Positions 26,901 through 39,098 of a DNA stretch of 64,000 nucleotides are shown piece after piece. The notes beneath the pieces were generated by a model. The model saw only the letters and a list, made by a program, of their open reading frames with translations, made no database searches and was not told the DNA's origin. Source of the DNA: Balanoglossus misakiensis (taxonomy: Eukaryota > Animalia > Hemichordata); contig CM082576.2 in NCBI GenBank assembly GCA_040954595.2, forward strand, positions 9,551,129 through 9,615,128. The letters run 5' to 3'. The translations under genes were made by a program, and so were the position numbers. The stretch's first letter is position 1. Each line of letters starts with the position of its first letter.

Positions 26901-29900
26901 ATGAAGCTCCAAGTATGCGAGGAGTGTTTTGTACACCCCTGTACATGTACACGCTGTATTAAATGAAAATAGTAAATGAGAATAACCACTGTGCACTTTT
27001 TTTGGACAGATAAGGCCTCTTGAAAGCCTAAAGGACTACTTGGAGATTGTCTGCCTTGTTCAGCCCCAACATGAGATGTATGAGTGGGCCATTGCCTACC
27101 TGAAAGAGCACACGGACAAGTAAGTTTTCCTGTCCATCACTTTCAACTTTCCTGTTTATATCTTGACCAATAAGCTCTGCAGTGTGATTACCAAAAGCCT
27201 AAATTCTGCATGTTGTTGCTCAATGTCTGAGTGTACATAGAGAAGATACAAAAAAATTGTTTGTTGTAATCTAATTTTACTTTTGAATAGTCATAGTGCA
27301 GAAATTTAATTTCTGTTCCTTTTTGACAATAACCCCCCAGGCTACTTGAAAAAGTCTCAGAGCAGGAGAAGAGGCTTTCTGAAAACAATCCACTCTTGTT
27401 CGACGAGATACGGAAGCTGCCGCACGAACAGGTACAGTTCCAGCACACCTTCCGTCACATCATTTCAGCACACCAACCTGTTCCTCAGCTCTATCAAAGT
27501 TTCTTGCATCATATTTACCCAAGCATATTTCCATAGTTTGTATAACTCATACAGTGATTAACAATGGTGAGATGCAGCAAACCACTGGAAGAGATGAGAA
27601 TATAAGAATACTGTAGTTCCTCACTGTCGATGAAGGAACAACGTAGTGGACTGTACCTGATTCAGTTTAACTGTATTCTGTTTATTTTTGCCAGCTTGGG
27701 AAAGTGCATTCGAAGCTGAAGGCGTTGGTGCACGCCTGCAACAAGCTGGCCAAACTTGAGTGGATACAGTGGAAGGCGAAAATAAACGGCAAAATACTGG
27801 ACGCGCTTCAGGTGAGCCCATGATTCTGTGTATGTAGATTTCCTCATAGAGAACTCTACTAAGATAACTCATGGAACAAGCAAGATGTGATAGTGGGATT
27901 TTCTTGTCTAACACCTCCCCCCACCCCCGTGACACATTCTTCATCATTTTCTTTTCTACTCCTTATGACACATTCATCATGTTTTGTGTGTGTCTTGTTG
28001 TTGGCATGCAGGAGGAACACGCGGGTCTCACTCACCAGATTGCGTCGGTCATACAGAGCGTGGAAACTGCCGACGAACACTTAGAGCAGCTGAAGAAAGG
28101 TATGGGCATCTTTACATAGCGAAATATTCTTGGATTGTTATTTATATTTGCTTGGTGTATTATGATGATCTCCCTCCAAAATTTGTGACACAAGAAACTT
28201 TTTGTGTTCCGTCTTTCAAAATAGATGCATTGCACTGCTATTGAAAGTCATCAGCCTTCTGCATATCCATACTGTCACACACATTAATAACATAATGTCC
28301 TGCTAAAAAAAATTTTTTTAATTTGCTCCTTATTTGAAAATTTCCCATAATTTGCAGTGGAATCCGAGCTGGATTTGGCAATGTCTTCTTTGGAGCTATC
28401 GCAAGAATTCCATGACAAAGTGAAAACTCACAAGGAACTTAGCAACGAGGTCAAGCTTAGAAACAAGGAACTGGATGGACTCAGAGAAAACTTTGAAATC
28501 ATGAAAAAGTAGGTCTTTCTCATCAAATCAAATCTATTGTTTAAATAATATTTATCATTTAAATGTTTTAACCGATGGTTCTAGTAGAAACATTATATGT
28601 CCTCCTCCACCGCAGCATGCTTTTTTTGACCAAGAAGACAAAAACTATAATTTCTTAGAATTATTGCCCAGAAATGACCTGATGTTTGAAACCATTTATA
28701 ATCCAAAAGTACTGATTTATAATCACTAGCCATCTCAACAGTCAGAATGTCCTGCCTTTCAGGGAGCAAACCAGCCAAGCGAATAAGAAGGAAAATCTAC
28801 TGAAAGAACTGAAAGAAATTGAGACAACCCAAGAGGAGCTGGCAAATAGCAGCGATACTGACACAGAGATGAATGCCGCTTTCTATAAAGTTAAACAGCT
28901 ACAAAGGTATGGGGAAATTGGTTTTTGTCTTTGCACTTGGATCAAGTCGTTATTTCTCTTTGATATGTGAAAAAACTAAAACCAGGAGGAATGAATCGCA
29001 TCACATTTTTAGTTTGATATCCAGCCATGTTCTATGCACTTATGTACATTGTACTTGAAAAAAATTAAAACTTTGAACACACAGTTCACTCATTGATTGA
29101 CCAAATTACTGTGAATGTATATTTTCTGGCTTTCAAATGCCACCTTTGCTTTTATATACCAAGCACTCAACATGATTTTTGAGATGTAACAGTTATAACT
29201 TCTTACTCCCTCGTTCATATGATTTATTGAACTGTTCTGTACAGATTTCTGGAGTGGAAGCTTGAAGATTGGAACCAGTACAGGGCACAGTACTCCTTCC
29301 TGGAAAGCTCGCTGGTGTTTAATCTCACCTTTGGCAAAGTACATGGTAAGGACCTTAACAAAATTGGTTTCACTAAGGTTTCAGAGACTGTGTGTGAAAT
29401 AATACATATATATTGCATGATCCAGAATGCAGTGATACAGTCTGCTGGTAGTGAAGTTAAATTAAATTTTTCACAAATGTATTAATGTAATAGTCTTTGT
29501 AACACACATATTTTTTTTTTTTTTCCAATAGATAACATTCTTGTTAGTGGTTTGTCAGAGTGTGACATTGTCAACGTAGAATTGGAATCTCTGTTGGCAG
29601 GTAAGATAAATTGATTTCATTTTGTCAAAAAACGGTACAGATTCTGATTTGATCTATCCAAGGTTAACAGTGTTGATACTACGATCCCTGTTGCAATTGT
29701 TCGTTGTGTACCATTCTGTTTCTTCACTGATGTTGCCTTCCCTCTGTCCACAGATGATGCAGAGCCCTGCGCCAAGCTTGCCCATCGGATGGTCCTTGGT
29801 GCTGTGAATGGGATATCTCTGCAGCAGAAGTACCAGACCACCAAGAAATTGCCAATGGTGAGTGCTATGCTCAGCTAGCCCCTTTCCACCCTATTTCCCT

Positions 29901-30738
29901 GTACAGTGGTCCAGCGCCCCCTTTGAGAACAATGGAGTTGGACCGAACCATGGTGGTTAACGGGGGTTTTCTATGTTTCCTGGAAAGTCCTGGAATTTGA
30001 GATCTGACGCAGGCGAAGTTAGGCTGGGTTTTGATAAATGTAACATGTACCATCAGCTAGTTATATTAACAAACATGCCATTTCACCTATAAAAAAAACA
30101 CGTAATGGGCTCATCAAGATTTTGTTTTCTTTGCAGTTGCTGCATCATTTGTCCTCTGTGGTGTGTTACGTGCGGCAGCTGGTCAGCGAAATGGAGCACA
30201 TCATGTTCTGGCATCCAGTGCAAATAGACAACACCTGGTAAGTCTGTTGCAGAGACTGGGAGTTTTCGCCCCCGACCCTGCTTATATTGACCACCGTTTG
30301 TGTGTGTGCTTTTTGCTAAAGTTGCACAAAATGTGACATTTTCCTCCTTCAATCTCTTTCAGTGTTTCTGTTGAGTTTTCTAGTTTGTTAGCCATGTGCA
30401 AGTTTGTCGTCAGCTTCAATCTGTCACCTGGCCAGTATCCACATTCTCAAGTTAATCATCGTTTTGTGAACGTAATCGGGAAAATGAGGTACGGTACGCT
30501 TTGGTTGACTATACTTTCCCGAATTTATTAATCGCACAGTTGGTTTTTCGTCGGGTGTGATAATTTTGCCTGAGCCATCTGATGAAAATTTTCAACACTT
30601 TGGGGTAACATCGTCTTTCTTCTTCATTTCAGTGATGAAACCATTGCTTCAACACTGTCAACAGTGAAACCAGGCTCCATGTATCTAAAGCGCCTTGTGA
30701 ATAGCATTGAATTGCTACTGGAGAAGCAAAGTTCATAA
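20904..30738 (+). CDS. KNL1: Kinetochore scaffold KNL1 (Spc105/Spc7/CASC5), ~1711 aa
   Basis: 23 exons: 20904-20938, 21312-21351, 21584-21666, 21811-21873, 22097-22201, 22404-22471, 22576-22948, 23073-23369, 23572-26120, 26277-26383, 26606-26713, 27010-27119, 27341-27431, 27695-27811, 28012-28099, 28358-28508, 28763-28906, 29245-29345, 29532-29600, 29754-29857, 30137-30237, 30363-30488, 30633-30738 (5136 nt, in frame). N-terminal PP1 motifs RRSSILK and RRVSF; KI-like KVDSSQFLKKF and VNGKSFLRRF; ~14 MELT-like repeats, most with an upstream TxxF; NPLLF and EWIQWK in the coiled-coil; C-terminal RWD-like region LEWKLEDW..YLKRLV. Confidence 0.93.
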
Positions 30739-31853
30739 AAAGTTTTATATAGTTGTTCATCATAATAGGGTTAGCTGTTGCCTTTTTACATTTTTTTTGT
30801 ATATATTTTTGTTGAGAAGATATGCTTGATGTCTGTTTGGGTTTAGCTTTTTTGTGCTGTAAATATGTGTGTATGTTGCTGTTTCATTCATTCGTTCATA
30901 TCTGCCTCTGCCCATAGTCCATTTTCATCCCCCTTGTTTTGATGATATGTTGTGTTTAATATGACAGTTTGCTGTTGGGGGAGATATAAATAATATTGTT
31001 GGAAAATGAGTAACACCAACCATACAGAGTTTTAGTTACTATTGTTGACCCTTGACAGTTTTCAATCAAACTACTGGATTGATAGTAACGACGATAACAT
31101 AAAGATGTAAAAGTCTTGGAGGAGTCATGAAAATGGCCAATAAGCACACTGAGATATCGTTCAGCATATGAAAAGAATATAATGGACGGATTTATTTTCT
31201 TTTAAAGTAGCAAATGTAACATGTTCTGTGTTGAAAACAATAGTTAAAAGGTACTAGGTATTCAGAAATTGTTGCACAGTTACACCATGTGTATTTCAGC
31301 TTATGCTTTGTCAGATATTTTCAGTGACAACATATTAGCGTTGATGGACGGCACACACGCTTGTACTCCCTGCATTATTATGCGTGAAAACGGCATTCTA
31401 AATCTAAAACCACAGCAAATGTTTAATACTAGTATTATACACACGCTACAAATTCAGTGTCTGCTAGAGGAAGCCTCAGGTCTCGCCCTACACATTCCAA
31501 ATTGGTGGTAATCCATGCATGCTGTAATGCCATATTGGATAACAAAAATGCGAAGCAGAGAGCAATGTATACTTCTATGAAAATGTACATGTAGTTTTTA
31601 AACAAGACATAACACAGCAGTTCTGCTCCTACATTTTTAATGTTCTGAAATCTGAGCAGTGAGGTGCAAGTTGAAGCACACACACGCACACAAATGTGGG
31701 TGAAAAGTCGTGTATCAGTCCAGAAGTCTGAAGTCAAAACGAGGCATAAGTAGTAGTCATGTTGACTTCAGCTATACAGGTTGCATGTATACGTTTCATT
31801 CACACTCCAGATCTCACTTGTGTGTACAGTCTTTATTTTTCCACGTCTCGGTT

Positions 31854-32936
31854 CTACTTCCGGGCCTCCAGGTAGTCGTCTTTCCTGAACATGAGACTGC
31901 TCTGGTACTTGGACTGGGCCGTGTGGAACTCCGGCCGCAGCATGTCGAATCGGCTCAGGTAGGGCCTCTTGGCGTCCACCCTGGGCCTGGGCTCAACTTC
32001 ATTCAAGCGTTCTCTCTTGTCCAGGAACAGGCTCTCATCGTGGGGACCCTTTGGGATGATGCCGCTCTGGTCACAGTTCTGGAGGCAGTAGGAAAAGATA
32101 AACATGTTAGGTTTTGACTTTAAAAGTGTTACCATGCTACTGGAAAAGACATTTGAAAAGAGATGAGTGAGCAGCGTGTTGTATTTTTTACTTTAGAAAG
32201 AAATGTGACACTCCAGATGATCGTGAATGTTGAAAGCTTATAAATATAGTGTTGTTTTTTCAATTTCAGAGACATGACTTTATATTATGTTTTGAGAGAT
32301 GATCTAATAGATTTTTAATTTTATTGTATTTTTCTTTATTTTAACAAACACAAAGCTGTTACATTATATGAGTAATAAACTTAGAACTATGTCAGTGAGC
32401 CTTTGTCATCTCTTATCAGCATGTTTAAACATTGTAACTGTTTAGTTGTATCAGTATTACAAGCCTCACATGAAGGATGTCACAACCGTGGGACAGCGCA
32501 AAATCATCTGAATGTTCTCCAAGAACAATCCTCACATGACAAACACACATATTTTCATCCTGTTGTGTGTAAACGAATATTACCTGCATTATAAGTTTCC
32601 TATTCTGCATATCATTCTTCCATTCCGGTACGTAGCGTCTAGGTATCACCGGGTGATACTTGGAAAATTTGGGAATGCTGAAACCAAAGAACATGTGCAA
32701 TCTTGAAAAATTGACGTGGGGGGGGGGGGGGGTCCATCACGACCATGGCAACGACGCGTCCGTCCATCAGAGAGATTTGCTCGGCTCCGCGAACAATACA
32801 ATGGGTTAACCTGTGCGATACGGTACCAATATAATCATTTGCATCTAAAGTATGCTAGAAAATAGTTTGTCAAGCAAGTGATAGTCTGAAACCTTTACCT
32901 GACATAATTGCCACCCGTTGCTAAGTGGTCAGCCAT
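31854..32936 (-). CDS. TEX43: TEX43/SPMIP10-like sperm/ciliary microtubule inner protein, 118 aa
   Basis: Exons 32899-32936, 32584-32677, 31854-32078 give MADHLATGGNYVSIPKFSKYHPVIPRRYVPEWKNDMQNRKLIMQNCDQSGIIPKGPHDESLFLDKRERL...HTAQSKYQSSLMF. This matches recalled human TEX43 blocks PRFS..IPRRYVMPWKENM, GPLEDSLFLNHSERL and HSPLSRYQS. Confidence 0.82.
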
Positions 32937-33123
32937 CTTCGACGCTTGCCGTGTTTGTTTTCTCTGTGGGTTCGAAGGTCAAACGATTTCACAGTATCAT
33001 CGATAGCTGGCGCACTTGCAAAGAAGCGTGGTGGTAAAAATAGAGGCATGTGTTTCTAAAGGCCCAGATATCGCGAACTGGTGAATAATGTAAAAGTTAG
33101 ACGTATTCATTTCGAAATAGCAG
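32937..33123. promoter_or_regulatory. Compact bidirectional promoter TEX43/MRPS12
   Basis: The TEX43 ATG (32936, -) and the MRPS12 first-exon donor CAG|gtaagg (33123/4, +) are under 200 bp apart in a locally CpG-rich patch. Confidence 0.6.
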
Positions 33124-33636
33124 GTAAGGTTGAGCATATAATGAATGCAACTTATATACAACTTATATTGGTGGAATTCCGAACTGCAAGTGCAAATGTG
33201 TCAATCGAGTTTACTCTGGTAATCCCTAACCCTTAGTTTCCTGACACAAATGATTTAAAATCGCCCATAGTATTGCATTATCACGACGATTATTAACACA
33301 TCTGATTGCAATGATATCATTTTCATCATACACGTATACAAAACCAATTGGCAACGGCTTGTATTTGTCTTTGTAATGTTGGCAGTTAATGTCTCTACAA
33401 CAGAACTCAAATCTGGGTGACATTGCTGCAATGACTGTAGCCGGTGCTGTGAACACACCACTCAACCTAGCACCTGCTACAATCTTTGTAGCTGGATGAC
33501 ATACAGACTGATGAGTTTTAAGGTTTTCAGTGTATCTCTGACATTGACAAGTATAAGTGCACAGAACCAATTGTCCTCTTTTTTCTGGTTACTCGTAGGT
33601 TCAGTGGATTTCTTCAACAAATAATCAGCAAGAACA

Positions 33637-34839
33637 ATGCAGTGTGTTAGGTCACTGGTGTCTCGGATAACAGGCCCTGTGTGGTTGTCAACTACAAGAC
33701 CAGGTAACGTAATAAATAACCTAGTCTTCAACTAATTTATTACATGACAATTCTCAAAATTTCACCACATCCACCACAGTCATTTCTCGACTGTTTCGAC
33801 ATCGATGGCTCATGCCTCTTTGATGGCACTGACCTAGGGAGCATTCATCTCTGCGACCCTTGACTTTAACATTGAAGGTCGTGCATTGCGCAAATGTACA
33901 TCTGAAGGTCACTTATCACAACTCCATTAGCGATAGCAGCCTGGATCAATTTACTTGCTGTTGCTTCCTTGCATTGTACTGAAAATAGTCTCATTGAATC
34001 CGTCTGGCAGCTGGTAGTTGTAAATACAAAACAGCTGATACACTGCTGTTTGAAAAAAACACTCCAGGCAAAGCAAAACAGGTCAACATTTTGCTTCACC
34101 ATCTTGCGATCTTCATACATACCTCTTCTGGTGCCATTTCAGCTTCAGCCCCCCCCCCCCCCCCCCCCAAATTTCAGAAAGAATCCTCTTACAGATTTGT
34201 GCTCGGTGAGCATAGCTAATATGATATTTCAGTTTAGGCACCCTGCATGATCAAGATATTATCTGCGTTCAAGGTACTATCCTGGGGCCTAATTCAATCC
34301 ACCACTGAGACGTATTGAGTTTCTAACTTCCATCCATGCTTTCAAGTATAATTAATATATACACAGTTTGGAAGGACTCTTGAAAGTGTCCTTTTTGATA
34401 AGCTGTATGACACTTGCTGCTTCCAGGTGCCGTTGCATCCGTGTTGGCCAGGCCGTCCGTCGGCGCACACCCGACGCCTCGGATCCAGCCCGCCCGCGGA
34501 ATATCCGTGAATCAGCTGCACCGCCGGGGACCCTTCATGAAGCCAGAGAACCCACACGCCAAGCACCCCATGGACAAGCGGCCCCAGATCAAGGGCGTGG
34601 TGCTGAAAACCCTGATCCGCAAGCCCAAGAAGCCCAACTCGGCCAACCGCAAGTGCGCCAAAGTGCGACTGACCAACGGCAAGGAGGTGGTGGCCTTCAT
34701 CCCGGGCGAGGGCCACAACCTGCAGGAGCACAACATTGTCCTGGTGGAGGGGGGCAGGACTCAAGACTTGCCCGGTGTCAAGCACACCATAGTGCGGGGG
34801 AAGTACGACTGTAGTCATATTGTGAAGAAGACCAAGTGA
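33637..34839 (+). CDS. MRPS12: Mitochondrial ribosomal protein S12 (uS12m), 159 aa
   Basis: Exon 33637-33703 ([22 protein letters not shown], Arg/Ser-rich presequence, phase 1) joins 34427-34839 with S12 motifs [51 protein letters not shown] probable 5'UTR exon ends at donor 33123. Confidence 0.95.
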
Positions 34840-36072
34840 TAGAAGTGTGGCCGCGACCGAGTTGCGTTTTTTTTGTATATCGTTTTTATAAGAAAAGTGT
34901 TGTTCTTGAAGATGTAACAGTCACTAATAGCAGGAAAAATACAGAAGTGCAGATTGGAAATGGCGCTGTGTACTCTGCATCTTAGACATGACCCTTGACT
35001 CCACAGCGTAATCCATATGTCCAGTTAAACAGTGTGCATGGTAATTATCTGAAATTCTTTTGCCGTGGCCTGTTATGCAAGTGGCATTTGGTCATGTTAC
35101 TAAATTCAGCGGAAATTATTCAAGTTAAAAATAAAGTCATCATTGTGTTATTGACATCAGTGATAAGCACTCCCTGTTCGATAGATAATCATTTGTTCCC
35201 AAAAAGCAATCACATATAAAGTAACAACGCGACAATTGTTATACGTAGAGGGCGCTGTAACATGAACGCCGTTCAGAAGTGGCAGCATAGCAGACAAGGT
35301 CTTCCATTTGAGCGAAAAAGTAGTGTTTACCAATTTTGCGTTCTCTCTATTATTGCCCGCTGTAGTTCAATGACCGTAAAACACACCTGGTCGGAAATAC
35401 GTGTACGTACATCCGTTTTTCATTCAAACGGAAATGTCTCTTGAACAAGGCTGGCTTCTTTAAAATGCATAACACACCAAGCTTCCAGCTCTGCAATCGG
35501 CATGCATCACAATATGTCGACCTTGCGTATTGTGCGCTGCTGTAAACTTGCCCCTTTACCGCCGAGCGATCAAGCACGTTTTAATGGAGACGCCTTTCAT
35601 GCAAACAATGCATATGCACATTTGAACTTCGCAGTTGCCATAATGGCGGGTCCAAGCGATGGCGCATCAAATCAGCGTGGTGTCTCGATAAATTGTCGTT
35701 AGTAGTGTTGTATCCGGCCGGTTTTAATTGGACTGTGATAGAAATTAGATTTGAAAAATAAGATTATAAAAAAAATCTGTCGTTATACTAAATGTTCCTT
35801 TTTTATTGAAGTTCGATATTCTGGCGTGCCAACCATATTTACATCATTTTCGGTGATCATAAAAACAACAGACACGCGAACAACATATGTTGAAATGCCG
35901 TGTAGAAATATGTCGTAACCAATGATATACATGTGTATTGGTACTGCTATCTGTTGTTGCCATCACACACGACCGCCAATTCAAGTTTGTACGTTTACGA
36001 AATGTGAACGGCTTGTACATGTTGTGATGATGACAACCTGATCGTCAGATAGCCCTTCTCACTGTTATATGC

Positions 36073-36110
36073 CATTCATTCATTCATTCATTCATTCATT
36101 CATTCATTCA
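36073..36110. repeat. (CATT)n microsatellite
   Basis: About 9 perfect CATT units. Confidence 0.95.
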
Positions 36111-39042
36111 CACAGTTGGTCCCACTCTCTCTCTCCCCCCTCTCTCACATTCGCACAATTATTTTTGACAATTGTTCATTTTAAATAGAACGTCAGCAAA
36201 ACCAATAATAAGGTCAGAAATAAAAGCCACATTTCGTGATTTTGTGACGTCATAGTTGGTAATAGCGTACTACTCGTTTAAATGCCTACCCTGCAGGCGC
36301 AGGAGGCAAATTGATTTTTAAATTGTCATTGGGAGTGGCTGCCTAACTCAACAACGCAAACGAGAGTCGACAAGAAATCTCTAATGAAAAGAAGATAGTC
36401 GCAATAAATTAGTTGTATCATTTATATTACGATCGTGAAATCAGTCTTGTCGTTGACATCTATAACGAATCCCACCCGGGCTTCGGGGGTGGCGGGGATG
36501 CATGTAGGGTTTACATGTTGTACAGGGAACAGTCGCGATGACCTTTCTCGTAAAGAACTGACGTGATCAAACTCTTTGGGAAGCCCGCAGCCCTACCTCT
36601 CGCTGCGCATCTCAGATGCGTGTCGCCTTGATGCAGTTATAGTTTAATTGAGAGATGACACTCACTTTCATATCGGTCAATTTGCTTGCCCCATACTCCC
36701 CCCCCCTCCTCCATCCAATAAAAGCATCGTGGAATTAATCTAATATTCGTCGCGTTTAACAAACCGGCGTCCGACAAGAAAACTCCAGCAAATTAATCGA
36801 GAAAGACATAGAACATACATCACATAGGACCGTTGAGTAGAGGTAAAAGAAAAAACAAAACGGTTGGCCTCCGTGTTTTTGCGCGCCCATTTCCGTAACT
36901 TGCGCAAGGCGCGTGACGTTTCACTGTTTTTTCTTCTTCTTCTCCAAACAGACCAGCTGATTGATGTGCGCTTGGTAATTTATCGACGATGATTTGCGAT
37001 CGCATGAAGACAATTTATCGGCCATGAAATTGTGGATCAAGTACATACATCACGTAAAAAAACGCTGTCACGGTGGGTGGCGTGTCTTTTCGATGTTACA
37101 TCCTTCGATTTCCTATTAACCCCCGGTCAAAAACTCCTCGTTGTCATGGAAACGGGTTGTCGTTGACCTTTGGCAGCCCACTTCACAAATAGATGGATTC
37201 ATAAAACTTGAGAGTTACCCGTGCCGCTAACACACACACATTTCATTTTTAATCTGGAGACATTATTGACGACTGAATACTTTTCTAGGTCTTTTCAATA
37301 TGACGACTTCTCCTACTGTCGGAATAATTCAGCAAATGCTGTTTATCATCGTATTAAACGCAAGAAAGGTCAAAGTGTTTTAAACACTCTTCGCGAGCTG
37401 TTAATAACAAGGCCAAGGGCGTCGAACGATCAAGAATGGCCCAAAGGCGGAATCTGGGGAGTTTTGGCCTCATAAATTGGATTTTCGTCTTATTTATGAG
37501 AAATCGAAAAGTACAATAAAAATAATACGGGTAACGCGAAGGCAACATCAGGGAGGGCGGTGTGAATGATGAGAACAACGAGATTGCTCGTACATGTATA
37601 GGAATGCTCTCGTTATATAAAACATGGGCGAATATCTTCAACGTAATTAACTTGCGGAATCTAAAGTAAGACTGACTCAAATTCCTGCAATAAATCCAAA
37701 GATTGTCGTCATCGATACATCGAATTAAACTTGAAAGCTAGCTCTAAAGACTCGGCTAACCGTATCATGCCGTTTTACTGCGACTTGCGTTCGTTGCTTT
37801 TGGACGCTAGTTGCGTCCGCTGTAATTCTAAACGAAGTGAAAATCGATGAAGTATAAATCCTGAGTCCACCCAGGTGAATATCAATCCGATCCCGACATG
37901 TCAACATCAATAAACCATGAACATGAAGAACACACACACAGGCCGTTACAGTCCAATACACACGATTGCAAGTTGATAAAGGTTTACGGTCACCTCCAAT
38001 TTACATACGCCCATGTATGGCTGAAAGGGCTTATATGCGTGTTTTAAAGAACATATGATGGCCCTCTTTTTTTCGCGTGTGTACAACCAACTGAAAATCT
38101 GTGATTGGCTAGATTTAAATCTGCTATGGTAACTGTAGCTGAATTTCCATAGGTGACCGTATACATCTCGAAAGGTTGCAACGTTCGAAAGAACATGACA
38201 GAGATCGGGGGAACGCCGTATTACAAGCAAATGAAAACTGAACCACAATTTGGACAATCAAAATAAAACTTTGCACGTAGATCAGTCAAAAGAAAATAGA
38301 TTAAGCGGTGAAATAAAATCAAATGTCTTCTGTATAGCGTTGAAGTCCATTAAAGTGACACTAGCTGCGAATCGCTTTTTCAAAGATACCGCACAGAACG
38401 TTCAACCATCAAATCATAGCACGTCCCACCTTGCTATTTTCAAGCACAGCGACGACGACACAATTTCTCAAGGTTATGGGTGGGCGGGTGGGTGTATCAG
38501 TGTTAGGGGTAATTGTAATTGAAAGGCGAAATGTGGTTAATTAATTAATTAAGTAATTAATTAACCAATTCAGCAGATGCACCCGTTTGAAGCGCGTCGG
38601 CGTCTGCAACCGTCACTCATTTATTGTATTGTTATCAAAAAGTTTGATGCACAAAGATGCAGTTTTGTTTCAACTAAAGTTAATTCCAACCCTTGTTACT
38701 AACTTGTTCGCCGTTGTCTAGTTCCCGATAAGAAGCACGCTCTGGCGCTCCTCAACAACGTTCTGTCCAACGGCACTTTGCGATAACGAACTTCTGCGCA
38801 GAAAGTGCCGCAGTACACACGGTGCACAAATATTGGACTTGAATAACAACGTCGTTAATTTGAAGGCCACTTTCTTCCTCGCAGGCATACAACCAGTATC
38901 TTACGCTTCAATTTACACGGGGAACTGCGATCTCACTGGATCGAGTTAAAGTTTTGTCATTTGAACCGTAAACGTGGGCAGCATCCAAAGACGACACACA
39001 TCCTACCAACAGCACGCAAGAAAGAGATCAGTTCTTCAATTA

Positions 39043-39098
39043 TATGTATGTATGAATGTGTGAGTGTGTATGTATGTATGTATGTATGTATCTATGTA
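39043..39098. repeat. Degenerate (TATG)n microsatellite
   Basis: tatgtatgtatg tracts with interruptions. Confidence 0.8.

Noticed and set aside
34342-34818. Long alternative-frame and antisense ORFs over MRPS12 (similar shadows over MTHFD1, KNL1 and bZIP exons)
   Set aside because: Expected by-product of GC3-rich codon usage; no recognisable motifs.
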